This document shows positions 38,174 through 46,722 of a DNA stretch of 64,000 nucleotides, piece after piece. This DNA is from Candidatus Micrarchaeota archaeon (GTDB taxonomy: Archaea > Micrarchaeota > Micrarchaeia > Norongarragalinales > SBBD01): assembly GCA_018819225.1 (NCBI GenBank), contig JAHJQN010000003.1, positions 128,001-192,000 of the forward strand, in the 5' to 3' direction. The translations under genes and the position numbers were made by a program. Position 1 is the first letter of the stretch. Each line of letters begins with the position of its first letter. Below the pieces are notes generated by a model. It made no database searches. It was not told where the DNA came from and worked only from the letters and a program-made list of their open reading frames with translations.

Positions 38174-39262
38174 TCAGCAGGGATCCTTGATAAGGGATTC
38201 ACACTGGGCGTCAGGCGGATTCGTGCAGGAGGTCATGTTGCAGATGAAATGATCTCCTGCCATTAAAGCGCAACTGGGAGGAAGCGTAATGACGTGGCGA
38301 GCGACCGCAGCCGGGTTGAATCCGCTCGTCCAAACCCCCGGGGAAAAAAATCGGCTGTACGACCCGTTGGAATCCGAAGTCAGATTGGAGTCCCACGTAA
38401 ACCTCCACCATTTACCGTTTAGGCATTCCGTCGAGTAATTGCTATACAGAATGAGATTGGGAGTGCACGTTCCAATACAGCAAACATCACTGCCGGTGCA
38501 CGAACCTCCGGCGTCCAGCGAGCAGGAAAGGTAGTTGTTGCAATCGTCCAGACAGACACCTGCACAGGAAGGAGAAGGTGCGACCGGGAAGTAATCGAGT
38601 TGAGGCAATTCCGTGATGCGCACGTCATCAAAACGTACTTCGGAATTTATGGATATCAAGCCGGCTTCCCCGGACGGAAAATCAAAATCAACGACGCTAA
38701 TCTCCGTCCCGCCGGAAGAGCAACGAATATTCTCTCCCTCGACCGTTATCTTGATCAAGAACCATTTGCTTTCCGGATCCGGACTGAGGATAGCGGACGC
38801 TAAATCGTTGTAAGTGTCTCCCGTCACTTTATAGCGGCGGAGTTTCAACACATTGTTTTCCACCACGCAATCATAATATTCTTGGCCCGTAAATCGCGCG
38901 ATCACTCCGGCTGTCCCAGCAGCATTCGTGCGCTTGATAAGCGCCTCAACCGCGTACTGGTTCCACGTGGAATCGCCGACAATGGAGATCCCTCGAGTAT
39001 TATCTTGTTGAACGTACTCCCCGTTATCCACGTCCCATGTGCCTGACTTGACTTTCCATTTGTACGCGTTCCCGACATCGTATGATTCGTATAAACGATA
39101 CGGCTTTCCGAATTCGTCCAGGAAATGCGCGGTTTCCCCGCCCGTCTTGTCTTCAATCGAAGGAATCAGCTCGCCCTTGATGACGAGAAACATGAATAGA
39201 GTAAAGAAGATGACGCCGGCTACGAGAATCAAGTACTCGGTTGCGGTTTGCGCGCGGCGCAT
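38174..39262 (-). CDS. Class III signal-peptide protein with ConA/DUF1080-like domain and Cys-rich C-terminus
   Basis: RAQTATEYL; FDDVRI; many Cys in the C-terminal third. Confidence 0.75.
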   Translation of the reverse strand: MRRAQTATEYLILVAGVIFFTLFMFLVIKGELIPSIEDKTGGETAHFLDEFGKPYRLYESYDVGNAYKWKVKSGTWDVDNGEYVQQDNTRGISIVGDSTWNQYAVEALIKRTNAAGTAGVIARFTGQEYYDCVVENNVLKLRRYKVTGDTYNDLASAILSPDPESKWFLIKITVEGENIRCSSGGTEISVVDFDFPSGEAGLISINSEVRFDDVRITELPQLDYFPVAPSPSCAGVCLDDCNNYLSCSLDAGGSCTGSDVCCIGTCTPNLILYSNYSTECLNGKWWRFTWDSNLTSDSNGSYSRFFSPGVWTSGFNPAAVARHVITLPPSCALMAGDHFICNMTSCTNPPDAQCESLIKDPC

Positions 39263-39269
39263 GAAAGCA

Positions 39270-39863
39270 TTACGCCTTCAGGCTTTTAAAAAGCTCGGCG
39301 AGGCGTTGCAGCTCCCCCGCATTCTTCTCGACGGAAAGCGAGTTGTCGAAGAACTTGACGTTGCACGCGTAACGCATGCCGACGTGCAACGCCGCAATGC
39401 GCTCGCAGAATAATGCCTCCTCAATCTCTTTCCGCGAATTCATTTCGCGCTTCCTTCCGGCTTTCAAATCCTTTTCCCGGCGCTCCGAAATCGCTTTCGG
39501 AGACGCTTCCACGAGAAACACGAAATCGGGTTTCAACACGTCCGAAACGGAATCCGGCGAACCCGGAAGGTACGCGTGATGGGGAATCGTGTAAATGAAG
39601 CCGTGCGTGTTCAAGAAAACGAGTTTTTCCTTGTCGGCGAGCGCGCGAATGCGTTTCGAGGCCTCTTCCCGTATCCGCACTTGGATTTCAGGAGGCAACG
39701 CCGCGATTTGCTCGCGGTCGGAAATGCCTTCCTTTTCCTTCGCGATCTCGAGCATGACATCGCCGTAAGAGATCTCGCGAATGGCGTTCTGTAATGGCTT
39801 GTTGAGCTCGCGGATGACGTGGCTTTTACCTACGGCCTTGATTCCTAGCGTGAAAACCAACAT
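39270..39863 (-). CDS. adkA: Archaeal-type adenylate kinase
   Basis: GIKAVGKS, SYGDVMLE, NTH, YLPG.P, I.ERREKD. Confidence 0.8.
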   Translation of the reverse strand: MLVFTLGIKAVGKSHVIRELNKPLQNAIREISYGDVMLEIAKEKEGISDREQIAALPPEIQVRIREEASKRIRALADKEKLVFLNTHGFIYTIPHHAYLPGSPDSVSDVLKPDFVFLVEASPKAISERREKDLKAGRKREMNSRKEIEEALFCERIAALHVGMRYACNVKFFDNSLSVEKNAGELQRLAELFKSLKA

Positions 39864-39953
39864 GTAACTCCCTCGAATCCGTTTAGTGACAGCGAATAAG
39901 GCGAAGGGGCGTTATCTTAATATTAATAATGGTTGACCCTCCTTAGAGACAAG

Positions 39954-40090
39954 GGGCTCGTAGCTCAGCTCGGAAACCTTTTCCGTTCCGGAGGAGGTTG
40001 GGCAACAGAGCGTCCGGCTTTTATTTCCAGGCCTAGAACGGTTTGGATGAAGAAACCGGAGGGTCGTGGGTTCGAATCCCACCGAGCCCG
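39954..40090 (+). tRNA. tRNA-Lys(TTT) with two introns (D-loop ~39974-40005; canonical 37/38 at 40024-40054)
   Basis: GGGCTCG/CGAGCCC acceptor; TCCGG-CTTTTA|A-CCGGA; both inserts form bulge-helix-bulge motifs. Confidence 0.9.
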
Positions 40091-40120
40091 TTCAAGTCAT
40101 GAGGGTAAGGCGTGATCGAT

Positions 40121-40174
40121 TCTTTAGTCGAGCTTTCTTCCGAAGAAAGGTCGTTCGGAATCCCACCGAGCCCG
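40121..40174 (+). repeat. Hairpin-element unit followed by an exact 17-bp copy of the tRNA-Lys 3' end
   Basis: Unit 40121-40153; GAATCCCACCGAGCCCG at 40074-40090 and 40158-40174. Confidence 0.8.
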
Positions 40175-40199
40175 CTTATGTTATTTTGAAGTGACTGGA

Positions 40200-40574
40200 A
40201 TGAAAGTGATTTTGGATACCAATTTTTTGATGTTGCCCGTGCAGAAAAACGTGGATATTTTTGAGGAAGTGGAGCGGAACGTGGATGAAAAATCGGAATT
40301 CATTGTTTTGCGCTCGTCCTTGAAAGAATTGCGGGCGCTGAAGGGAAAAGATCGGTTGAAAGCGAGGGCCATGATTCAATTCATTGAAAATAATCCCGCG
40401 ATAACGATTCGGGAAGAGGAAGGGCGAACCGACCATCTCATCATCCACTTGGCGAAATCGTGGAAAGAGAAGCTGATCGTGGGCACGAACGACCGCGCGC
40501 TGAAAACCCGTGTGAAAGCAGCAGGAGCCGGCGTGCTGGTGCTGAGAGGAAACGCGAGCCTGCAAAAGCTCTAA
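40200..40574 (+). CDS. PIN-domain protein (Fcf1/Utp24-like)
   Basis: VILDTNFL, TD..I, GTNDRALK. Confidence 0.85.
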   Translation: MKVILDTNFLMLPVQKNVDIFEEVERNVDEKSEFIVLRSSLKELRALKGKDRLKARAMIQFIENNPAITIREEEGRTDHLIIHLAKSWKEKLIVGTNDRALKTRVKAAGAGVLVLRGNASLQKL

Positions 40575-40686
40575 TTCAAAGGGGGGTCAGCAAGCCTTTT
40601 ATATACGTTTCGAGACATACTTGTTTCCTCTTGTTCCCAATTTTTTCAGGGGTTAGAAGGAAGCATATAGACCGGTGGGTGAAACC

Positions 40687-42675
40687 ATGGCGTTTGCGGA
40701 ACTGGCAGTTTATGGCATAGCGGGAGGAGTGCTCGCGTTGATAGCTGCAGCGTATTATGCGCGATTCGTTCTCAGCAAGAACAACGGGACGCCTAAAATG
40801 CAGGAAATGGCTTCCGCGATTCAATCGGGAGCTGAAGCGTACCTCAAGCGACAACTCATAACCATTGCGTTGTTTGCAGTGATCGTAGCGGCATTGATTT
40901 GGTTTGGAATCTCGTCGTCCGCAGCCATTGCATTCGTATTCGGAGCCGCTGCATCGTATTTGGCGGGAGTCATCGGCATGAGCATTTCCGTGCGTGCCAA
41001 CGTGCGAACGGCCGAAGCAGCGAAAAAAGGCTTGAAACCCGCGTTGGATATTGCGTTCAAAGGAGGAGCGGTCACGGGTTTAACGGTCGTGGGACTCGGA
41101 CTCATCGGATTGGCGGGAGTCTACATGTATTTCAACGATGTTTCAGCACTCATTGGATTCGGACTCGGGGCCTCATTGATTTCATTGTTCGCGCGAGTCG
41201 GAGGAGGCATTTATACCAAAGCGGCGGATGTCGGAGCCGATTTAGTGGGAAAAATCGAGAAGGGCATTCCGGAAGACGATCCGCGCAACCCGGCGTTCAT
41301 AGCAGACAATGTGGGAGACAATGTCGGCGACTGCGCCGGCATGGGAGCGGATTTGTTTGAAAGCCTCGTCGTGACGCTTATGGCCACCATGTTGTTGGGT
41401 TTAGCGTTCGGAGAAGGATCATTGCTCGTCGTGCTTCCATTGCTGGTGGGAGCCATCGGAGCGGTTTCCGGAATCATTGGAATGCAGTTCGTGCAACTCG
41501 GTCCGAAGAAGAACATTATGAACGCGTTAAACAAGGGAACGTATGCAACGGTTATCGTGTTCGCGGCGTTATTGTTTATGGCGTTTGCATGGTTCGGAGC
41601 CCGCATCGAATTGTGGTATGCTGCGATAACGGGGCTCGCGTTGACGATAGCCATCAGTAAAATCACTGAATATTATACCGTCAAAGAAGGACAGCCGGTA
41701 AAAGAGATTGCGTTTGCCAGCCAGACCGGTGCGGGAACCAACTTGATTCAAGGACTTGCCGTGGGATTGCAGAGCACCGCGTTCCCCGTTCTGGCCATCG
41801 TGGCAGCGATTTTAATCGCGAACCATTTTGGAGGAGTGTACGGAATTGCGTTGGCAGCGGCGGCCATGCTGTCGACTACGGGAATCATTATCGCCATTGA
41901 CTCATACGGCCCGATCACGGATAACGCGGGAGGCATTGCCGTGGCGACCGGCATGCAGAAAAGCGTTCGCCGAATCACGGATGAACTGGATGCCGTAGGA
42001 AACACGACGAAAGCGACCACGAAGGGATTCGCGATCGCCAGCGCCGCGTTAAGCGCCTTGTCGTTGTTCGTGGCGTACTCGGAATCCGTCGGACTATCGG
42101 TCATCAACATCCTGGAAGCCCCCGTGGTCGCGGGATTATTCATTGGGGGATTATTGCCTTTCATTTTCGCGTCCTATCTCATGAAAGCCGTGGGACGAGC
42201 TGCATTCAAGATGGTGGAAGAAGTCAGACACCAGTTCAAAACCATTAAAGGCATCATGCAAGGAACGGCGAAACCCAATTATGCGCGCTGCGTGGATATT
42301 AGTACGTCAGCTGCTTTGAAGGAATTGTTTACGCCGGCGGTTCTGGCGGTTACGACGCCGTTGATCGTGGGATTCGCGTTCGGCGCGGCTGCACTCGGAG
42401 GATTGTTGGCCGGAGCCATCGTCACCGGATTATTGCTCGCGTTGTTCATGGCGAACGGAGGCGCGGCATGGGATAACGCCAAGAAATACATTGAAGACGG
42501 CAAGCTCGGCGGAAAAGGCAGTGACGCGCATAAAGCGGCCGTGGTCGGAGACACGGTCGGCGACCCGTTCAAGGACACCGCAGGACCTGCATTAAACTCG
42601 CTAATCAAAGTCTTGAATACCGTGGCGCTCATCGCGGCCGCATTGATTGCAGCGAACGCACCGTTGTTCATATAA
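40687..42675 (+). CDS. hppA: Membrane ion-pumping pyrophosphatase, predicted K+-independent H+-PPase
   Basis: DVGADLVGKIE, EDDPRNP, DNVGDNVGD; GNTTKA carries the Lys associated with K+ independence. Confidence 0.93.
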   Translation: MAFAELAVYGIAGGVLALIAAAYYARFVLSKNNGTPKMQEMASAIQSGAEAYLKRQLITIALFAVIVAALIWFGISSSAAIAFVFGAAASYLAGVIGMSISVRANVRTAEAAKKGLKPALDIAFKGGAVTGLTVVGLGLIGLAGVYMYFNDVSALIGFGLGASLISLFARVGGGIYTKAADVGADLVGKIEKGIPEDDPRNPAFIADNVGDNVGDCAGMGADLFESLVVTLMATMLLGLAFGEGSLLVVLPLLVGAIGAVSGIIGMQFVQLGPKKNIMNALNKGTYATVIVFAALLFMAFAWFGARIELWYAAITGLALTIAISKITEYYTVKEGQPVKEIAFASQTGAGTNLIQGLAVGLQSTAFPVLAIVAAILIANHFGGVYGIALAAAAMLSTTGIIIAIDSYGPITDNAGGIAVATGMQKSVRRITDELDAVGNTTKATTKGFAIASAALSALSLFVAYSESVGLSVINILEAPVVAGLFIGGLLPFIFASYLMKAVGRAAFKMVEEVRHQFKTIKGIMQGTAKPNYARCVDISTSAALKELFTPAVLAVTTPLIVGFAFGAAALGGLLAGAIVTGLLLALFMANGGAAWDNAKKYIEDGKLGGKGSDAHKAAVVGDTVGDPFKDTAGPALNSLIKVLNTVALIAAALIAANAPLFI

Positions 42676-42701
42676 ATGAGTAAGGAGAGTGAAACCAACC
42701 T

Positions 42702-43310
42702 ATGTACAAACTCGTGACATTCGAAGACACGGTCCGCGTGCCGCCGGCCTTATTCGGCATGAAAATGAACCAAGCCGCCCAGCGCATATTGCGCGAGAAG
42801 TACGAGCGGGCCGTTGACAAGGGCCGGGGCATTATCCTCGGAGTCTTCAATTCAAAAATCAAGGGCGACGGAAAGATTCTGCCTGGAGACGGGTCCGCGT
42901 ACTTCGACGTACAGTACGACGCCCTCGTATTCAACTTGGAAGTGAACGAGGTCGTGGAAGGCGAGGTCAGCGAAATCGTGGAGTTCGGGGCATTCGTGCG
43001 AATGGGGCCCATTGACGGCTTGATGCACGTCTCGCAAGTCGCGAACGAGTTCCTGGCCTACGATAAAAAGCAACAGTGTCTCGTGGGAAGGGAAAGCAAG
43101 AAAACGATCCGGAAAGCCGATGCGTTGCGCGCGAAAGTGGCGACCGTCAGCTTCAAGGACACGATTCCGAACTCGAAAGTCGCGTTGACCATGCGTCCGA
43201 CGGGACTCGGAAAGCTCGCGAAAAAAGATGTGAAACAAGTCCCCAAAAAGAAAGAGAAGGCTGCTGAAAAGAAGGAAGAGAAAAGCGAGAAAGAAAAGGA
43301 ATCCAAGTGA
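42702..43310 (+). CDS. rpoE1: RNA polymerase subunit E' (Rpo7)
   Basis: RVPP..FG, GDGSAY, EFGAFVRMGPIDGLMHVSQ, LTMRPTGLGK. Confidence 0.93.
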   Translation: MYKLVTFEDTVRVPPALFGMKMNQAAQRILREKYERAVDKGRGIILGVFNSKIKGDGKILPGDGSAYFDVQYDALVFNLEVNEVVEGEVSEIVEFGAFVRMGPIDGLMHVSQVANEFLAYDKKQQCLVGRESKKTIRKADALRAKVATVSFKDTIPNSKVALTMRPTGLGKLAKKDVKQVPKKKEKAAEKKEEKSEKEKESK

Positions 43311-43322
43311 AGGTGAATCCAT

Positions 43323-43505
43323 ATGATGAAAGCGTGTCGCACCTGCCGGCTTCTATTTGAAGGCGAAAAATGCCCGTCGTGCCCGGAATCCGAAAGCACG
43401 CGAACGTTCGAAGGCGCCGTGTACATCATCGACGTGGAACGATCCGAAATTGGAAAGCGCATCGGTGCGAAAGTGCCCGGTAAGTACGCCTTGAAGCTTA
43501 AGTGA
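43323..43505 (+). CDS. spt4: Transcription elongation factor Spt4 (RpoE'')
   Basis: KACRTC...CPSC...PGKYALK. Confidence 0.92.
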   Translation: MMKACRTCRLLFEGEKCPSCPESESTRTFEGAVYIIDVERSEIGKRIGAKVPGKYALKLK

Positions 43506-43515
43506 GGAGATAACC

Positions 43516-44037
43516 ATGAACATCGAAGTCATCAACGAGAAGGAAAACCCCTTGTTCGAACGCAAAGAAGTCGTCGTTAAAGTACCGGTTGAAAAGCAAA
43601 CGCCTTCCCGAAAAGAAGTCGTCGACGCCCTTTCCAAGAAGTACGGGAATTCCAAGGAACTGATCGTCATTGAAAAAATCGACCAGCGGTTCGGAGGAAA
43701 AGAGGCCACGATTTACGCTCGATTATATGATACGGAGAAGGCGGCACGGCAAGCCCCAGACTACTTGAAGGAACGCGGAGGGGTTGCCGCGCCCAAGAAA
43801 GAAGAAAAGAAGGCGGATAGCCAGCCATCATTCGAAGAACTCGTGAGCGGCAAGAAACCGGAAGCCCAGAAAGAAGCGCCTGCTGAAAAGAAGGAAGAAA
43901 AACCCAAAGAAGCAAAAGCGCCGGAAAAGAATGAGGAGAAAAAGGAACCTCTAAAGAAGGAAGAGCAACCTGCTGAAAAGAAGGCGGAAAAGCCAGCGGA
44001 GAAAAAAGCAGTAGCTCAAAAGGAAGAGAAAACGTAG
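43516..44037 (+). CDS. rps24e: Ribosomal protein eS24 with a Lys/Glu-rich C-terminal extension
   Basis: ENPLFERKE, TPSRKEV, FGG...ARLY; operon position. Confidence 0.9.
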   Translation: MNIEVINEKENPLFERKEVVVKVPVEKQTPSRKEVVDALSKKYGNSKELIVIEKIDQRFGGKEATIYARLYDTEKAARQAPDYLKERGGVAAPKKEEKKADSQPSFEELVSGKKPEAQKEAPAEKKEEKPKEAKAPEKNEEKKEPLKKEEQPAEKKAEKPAEKKAVAQKEEKT

Positions 44038-44048
44038 GTGAATGATTC

Positions 44049-44189
44049 ATGGCGGAAAAGAAAGGGAAAAAAACACTGAAACCGTATTCCCCGAGGCGGT
44101 TCTGCCCAAAATGCGGGTCCAGCAGTCGTTTGGGAGAACACGCGGACCGCAGGAGCTGCGGAAAATGCAAGTACATGGAAAAGAAATAA
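44049..44189 (+). CDS. rps27ae: Ribosomal protein eS31 (S27ae)
   Basis: Translated by hand: ...[30 protein letters not shown]; follows rps24e. Confidence 0.92.
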   Translation: MAEKKGKKTLKPYSPRRFCPKCGSSSRLGEHADRRSCGKCKYMEKK

Positions 44190-44281
44190 ACACTTCCATT
44201 TTTGATCGGCCTTTTTGAAAAGGGCGTGCCGGCCAACGCAAGTACATGGAGCAGAAATAAACCATTCCAGTTTTGGTCGAC
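44167..44281 (+). repeat. Duplicated rps27ae 3' end (period 71 nt) around a hairpin-element unit
   Basis: GCAAGTACATGGAAAAGAAATAAAC 44167 versus GCAAGTACATGGAGCAGAAATAAAC 44238; unit TTTTTGATCGGCCTTTTTGAAAAGGGCG 44199-44226. Confidence 0.75.
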
Positions 44282-44296
44282 GGCGCTTTATTCCGG

Positions 44297-45244
44297 TTAT
44301 AGCAGGGAATGAGCGGCGGGCTTCTTGGCGAACGGCGATACATCACCGATATCCATTACCCCGCAAACATACCGCACCAATCGTTCCACTCCGAAACCGA
44401 GTCCCACGGTGCGGGAGAGCTTGCCTTGACGGACGAGCTCTGAAAAAAAGCCGTAGTCTTCCAGGGACTGGCCGCGCTCCCTAATTTTTTTCTCGATCTT
44501 ATGTTGTTCATGCTCTCGCTCGGCACCGCTGGCCGCTTCACCGTAACCCTCCGGATAAATCAAATCGTAGTTGCGGTGAACGCCTTGCTCCTCCCGATCG
44601 TAAAACTCGCGAACGTGATCCGTGATCCAGAACATGTCTTGCTCGTACAAGGAAAGCGTGTCCTCGGCTTGCCGGCTGTTCCGGCCAAACCGCGGAACGA
44701 TCTCGCTCATGGAAAAACGCTTGAAAGGCCTTTGAGGCACGCGAAGCGTTCTCCCGAGACGGGCGAGTTCGATGGAATGGCTCCGCTTGACGTCCGATAG
44801 AATGCGAACCATGAGTTCTTCACAGAACGGAATGAACCGCTCTTGGTCACCGTGCCGGAATTCAATGTCGACTTGAGTGAACTCGATCAGGTGCCGGTCG
44901 CTATCCTTCAAATCCTCTTTCTCCAGACGCACGTTCGGGGAAACGATGTACAGCGCATCAAGATACGGGGACATCAAGGCCACTTGCTTATGGAAAATCA
45001 TGCTTTTCGTGAGCTGAAGCTTCTGGCCGTAATAATCGATGCTCGCGTCAATAACGGTATGGGCGAGGGGATCCGTTACAGGGGAAACGACGCTAGGCAA
45101 GAGTTGCACGACCTTTTTTTCGGCCATGAAATCGGATACGGATTTCAAGATCGTGGTCTGGATGGAAAGAATGTCACGCATTCGTTGCGAACGAAGCTTA
45201 TCCACGATTTTTTGAATAGGAACCGCAAATGAAATGGACTCCAT
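44297..45244 (-). CDS. asnA: Archaeal asparagine synthetase A (AsnRS catalytic-domain homologue)
   Basis: SPVTDPL, LTKSMIFHKQ, SPNVRLE, RHLIEFTQVD, GEAASGAERE, GVERL; no anticodon-binding domain. Confidence 0.88.
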   Translation of the reverse strand: MESISFAVPIQKIVDKLRSQRMRDILSIQTTILKSVSDFMAEKKVVQLLPSVVSPVTDPLAHTVIDASIDYYGQKLQLTKSMIFHKQVALMSPYLDALYIVSPNVRLEKEDLKDSDRHLIEFTQVDIEFRHGDQERFIPFCEELMVRILSDVKRSHSIELARLGRTLRVPQRPFKRFSMSEIVPRFGRNSRQAEDTLSLYEQDMFWITDHVREFYDREEQGVHRNYDLIYPEGYGEAASGAEREHEQHKIEKKIRERGQSLEDYGFFSELVRQGKLSRTVGLGFGVERLVRYVCGVMDIGDVSPFAKKPAAHSLL

Positions 45245-45368
45245 AGGATAACCAAAACGCTTATAATGATGCTCCCTAATAACAATATTGACCAAAAAAT
45301 CGACAATTATAACATTAAACGATAGATTATCCATTGATTATCCGACATTTTGATTAAGGTGAGGTATA

Positions 45369-45806
45369 GTGAACGGAAAGGATGGGCGAATCCTGGAGAT
45401 ATTGAAAAACAACGGGCGAATGAGTACGGTGGAGATTTCTGGAAAAACAGGAATTCCGCGCGTGACCGTGCACGAGAGAATGAAAAAAATGCTCCATGCG
45501 GGCGTCATCCGAAAGTTTTCCGTTGTACCGGACTATTCGAAACTCGGACTCAACACGACGGCGTTCGTACTTGTCGGGTACGTTGACTCCGAGAATTCCC
45601 AGAGAGAGCTCGCCAAGAAAATCGGGGCCATGAAAGAAGTATATGAAGTGCACATTCTGGCAGGGGAATGGGATTTGCTGCTTAAAGTGAGGGGGAGCAG
45701 CATTGAAGACATTGGCGGACTCGTTGTGGACCGAATACGGAAAATGGATGGAGTCGGGCGTACGGAAACCATCCCCTGTTTTACAACCGTCAAGGAAGAA
45801 GGTTGA
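45369..45806 (+). CDS. Lrp/AsnC-family regulator
   Basis: ILEILKNNGR...TVHERMKKM...GVI; AGEWDLLLKV; divergent from asnA. Confidence 0.92.
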   Translation: MNGKDGRILEILKNNGRMSTVEISGKTGIPRVTVHERMKKMLHAGVIRKFSVVPDYSKLGLNTTAFVLVGYVDSENSQRELAKKIGAMKEVYEVHILAGEWDLLLKVRGSSIEDIGGLVVDRIRKMDGVGRTETIPCFTTVKEEG

Positions 45807-45814
45807 TAACGGAC

Positions 45815-46534
45815 ATGTGGGTGGCTCGGTTAAAAGTGTGGCATGCGAACTCGTATACTGCGGAGAAAACCGCGCGGTTGAACGCCTCCTACCTCGTCTA
45901 TAATTTGAATGCATTCGAGCATAACGGGGAAACGTGGATCGCGCGCGTCGCCTTTGTTTCAGGACCGGACGCGGACAAACTCATCGAGATGTTCTACAAT
46001 GATACGCGTCTCGTGGTCGAACAAGTAAAAGGCCGGCAAGTTTTCTTTTCTCATCTCGCCAAATCCGCGTTTCATCACGGATTATTGGACAAACACGTAT
46101 TCTTTCTGAAACCGAATATCGCGATTCGGGGAGAGGAGTATTGGACCGTTGCCTCCTATCGGAAAAAAAACATTCAAGACCTCGTGGAAAAATTGAATGG
46201 AAATAAAAAAGTGTCGCGTTGTGAAATGCTGAGCCTCAAGCCAGAACCCGTGGATGTGTTTGAAGCCGGGCTTTTCGAGCATTTGACCGACAAACAGAAA
46301 TGGGCGTATCAATCCGCATTCCGATACGGGTATTACCGGTATCCGAGAGAACACGATGTCGAGGAAATTGCGAAAAAACTCGGGGTTCCGGAAAGCACGT
46401 TCCGAGAACACTTGAGGAAAGCGGAAAGCAAGCTGCTTTCGGGGCTGCATACCTGGCTGCAACCCGAAAACGAGTACCTCACCATCCATAAAAAACTAAA
46501 CACCCGCGCTATCGCGGCTAAATTCCTATATTAA
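45815..46534 (+). CDS. HTH_10 (Bat-type) regulator, paralogue of 5925
   Basis: MWVARLKVWH versus MWVAKFKAWH; WTVAS; LTDKQ...GYYRYPR...STFREHLRKAESKL. Confidence 0.85.
   Translation: MWVARLKVWHANSYTAEKTARLNASYLVYNLNAFEHNGETWIARVAFVSGPDADKLIEMFYNDTRLVVEQVKGRQVFFSHLAKSAFHHGLLDKHVFFLKPNIAIRGEEYWTVASYRKKNIQDLVEKLNGNKKVSRCEMLSLKPEPVDVFEAGLFEHLTDKQKWAYQSAFRYGYYRYPREHDVEEIAKKLGVPESTFREHLRKAESKLLSGLHTWLQPENEYLTIHKKLNTRAIAAKFLY
46504..46517. promoter_or_regulatory. Palindrome CCGCG-CTAT-CGCGG, candidate HTH_10 operator
   Basis: Same CCG-N8-CGG geometry and central TAT as 6577; precedes TATATTAAG. Confidence 0.5.
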
Positions 46535-46592
46535 GGTATGATTATTGTTTACTCCAAAGAGCAGGTCGGTGTAGACCGTGGGGGTAAGTGAC

Positions 46593-46709
46593 ATGGCCGT
46601 TGAAGTGATCGTAATCATCGTAGCCGTATTCATCGTATGGCAAACCGTGCGCGATTGGAAGCGCCAAGAAAAACGAACACTTTATAGAACGAAAGAGATT
46701 CGGTACTAG
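46593..46709 (+). CDS. 38-aa single-TM micropeptide (MAVEVIVIIVAVFIVWQTVRDWKRQEKRTLYRTKEIRY)
   Basis: Translated by hand; GGGGGT SD-like sequence; ends 13 nt before the swivel-domain gene. Confidence 0.55.
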   Translation: MAVEVIVIIVAVFIVWQTVRDWKRQEKRTLYRTKEIRY

Positions 46710-46722
46710 GGGGAAAGGCGTT

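Noticed and set aside
43790-44037. Lys/Glu-rich tail on eS24 as a novel domain
   Set aside because: Low-complexity charged extensions are common on archaeal ribosomal proteins; RpoE' here has one too.
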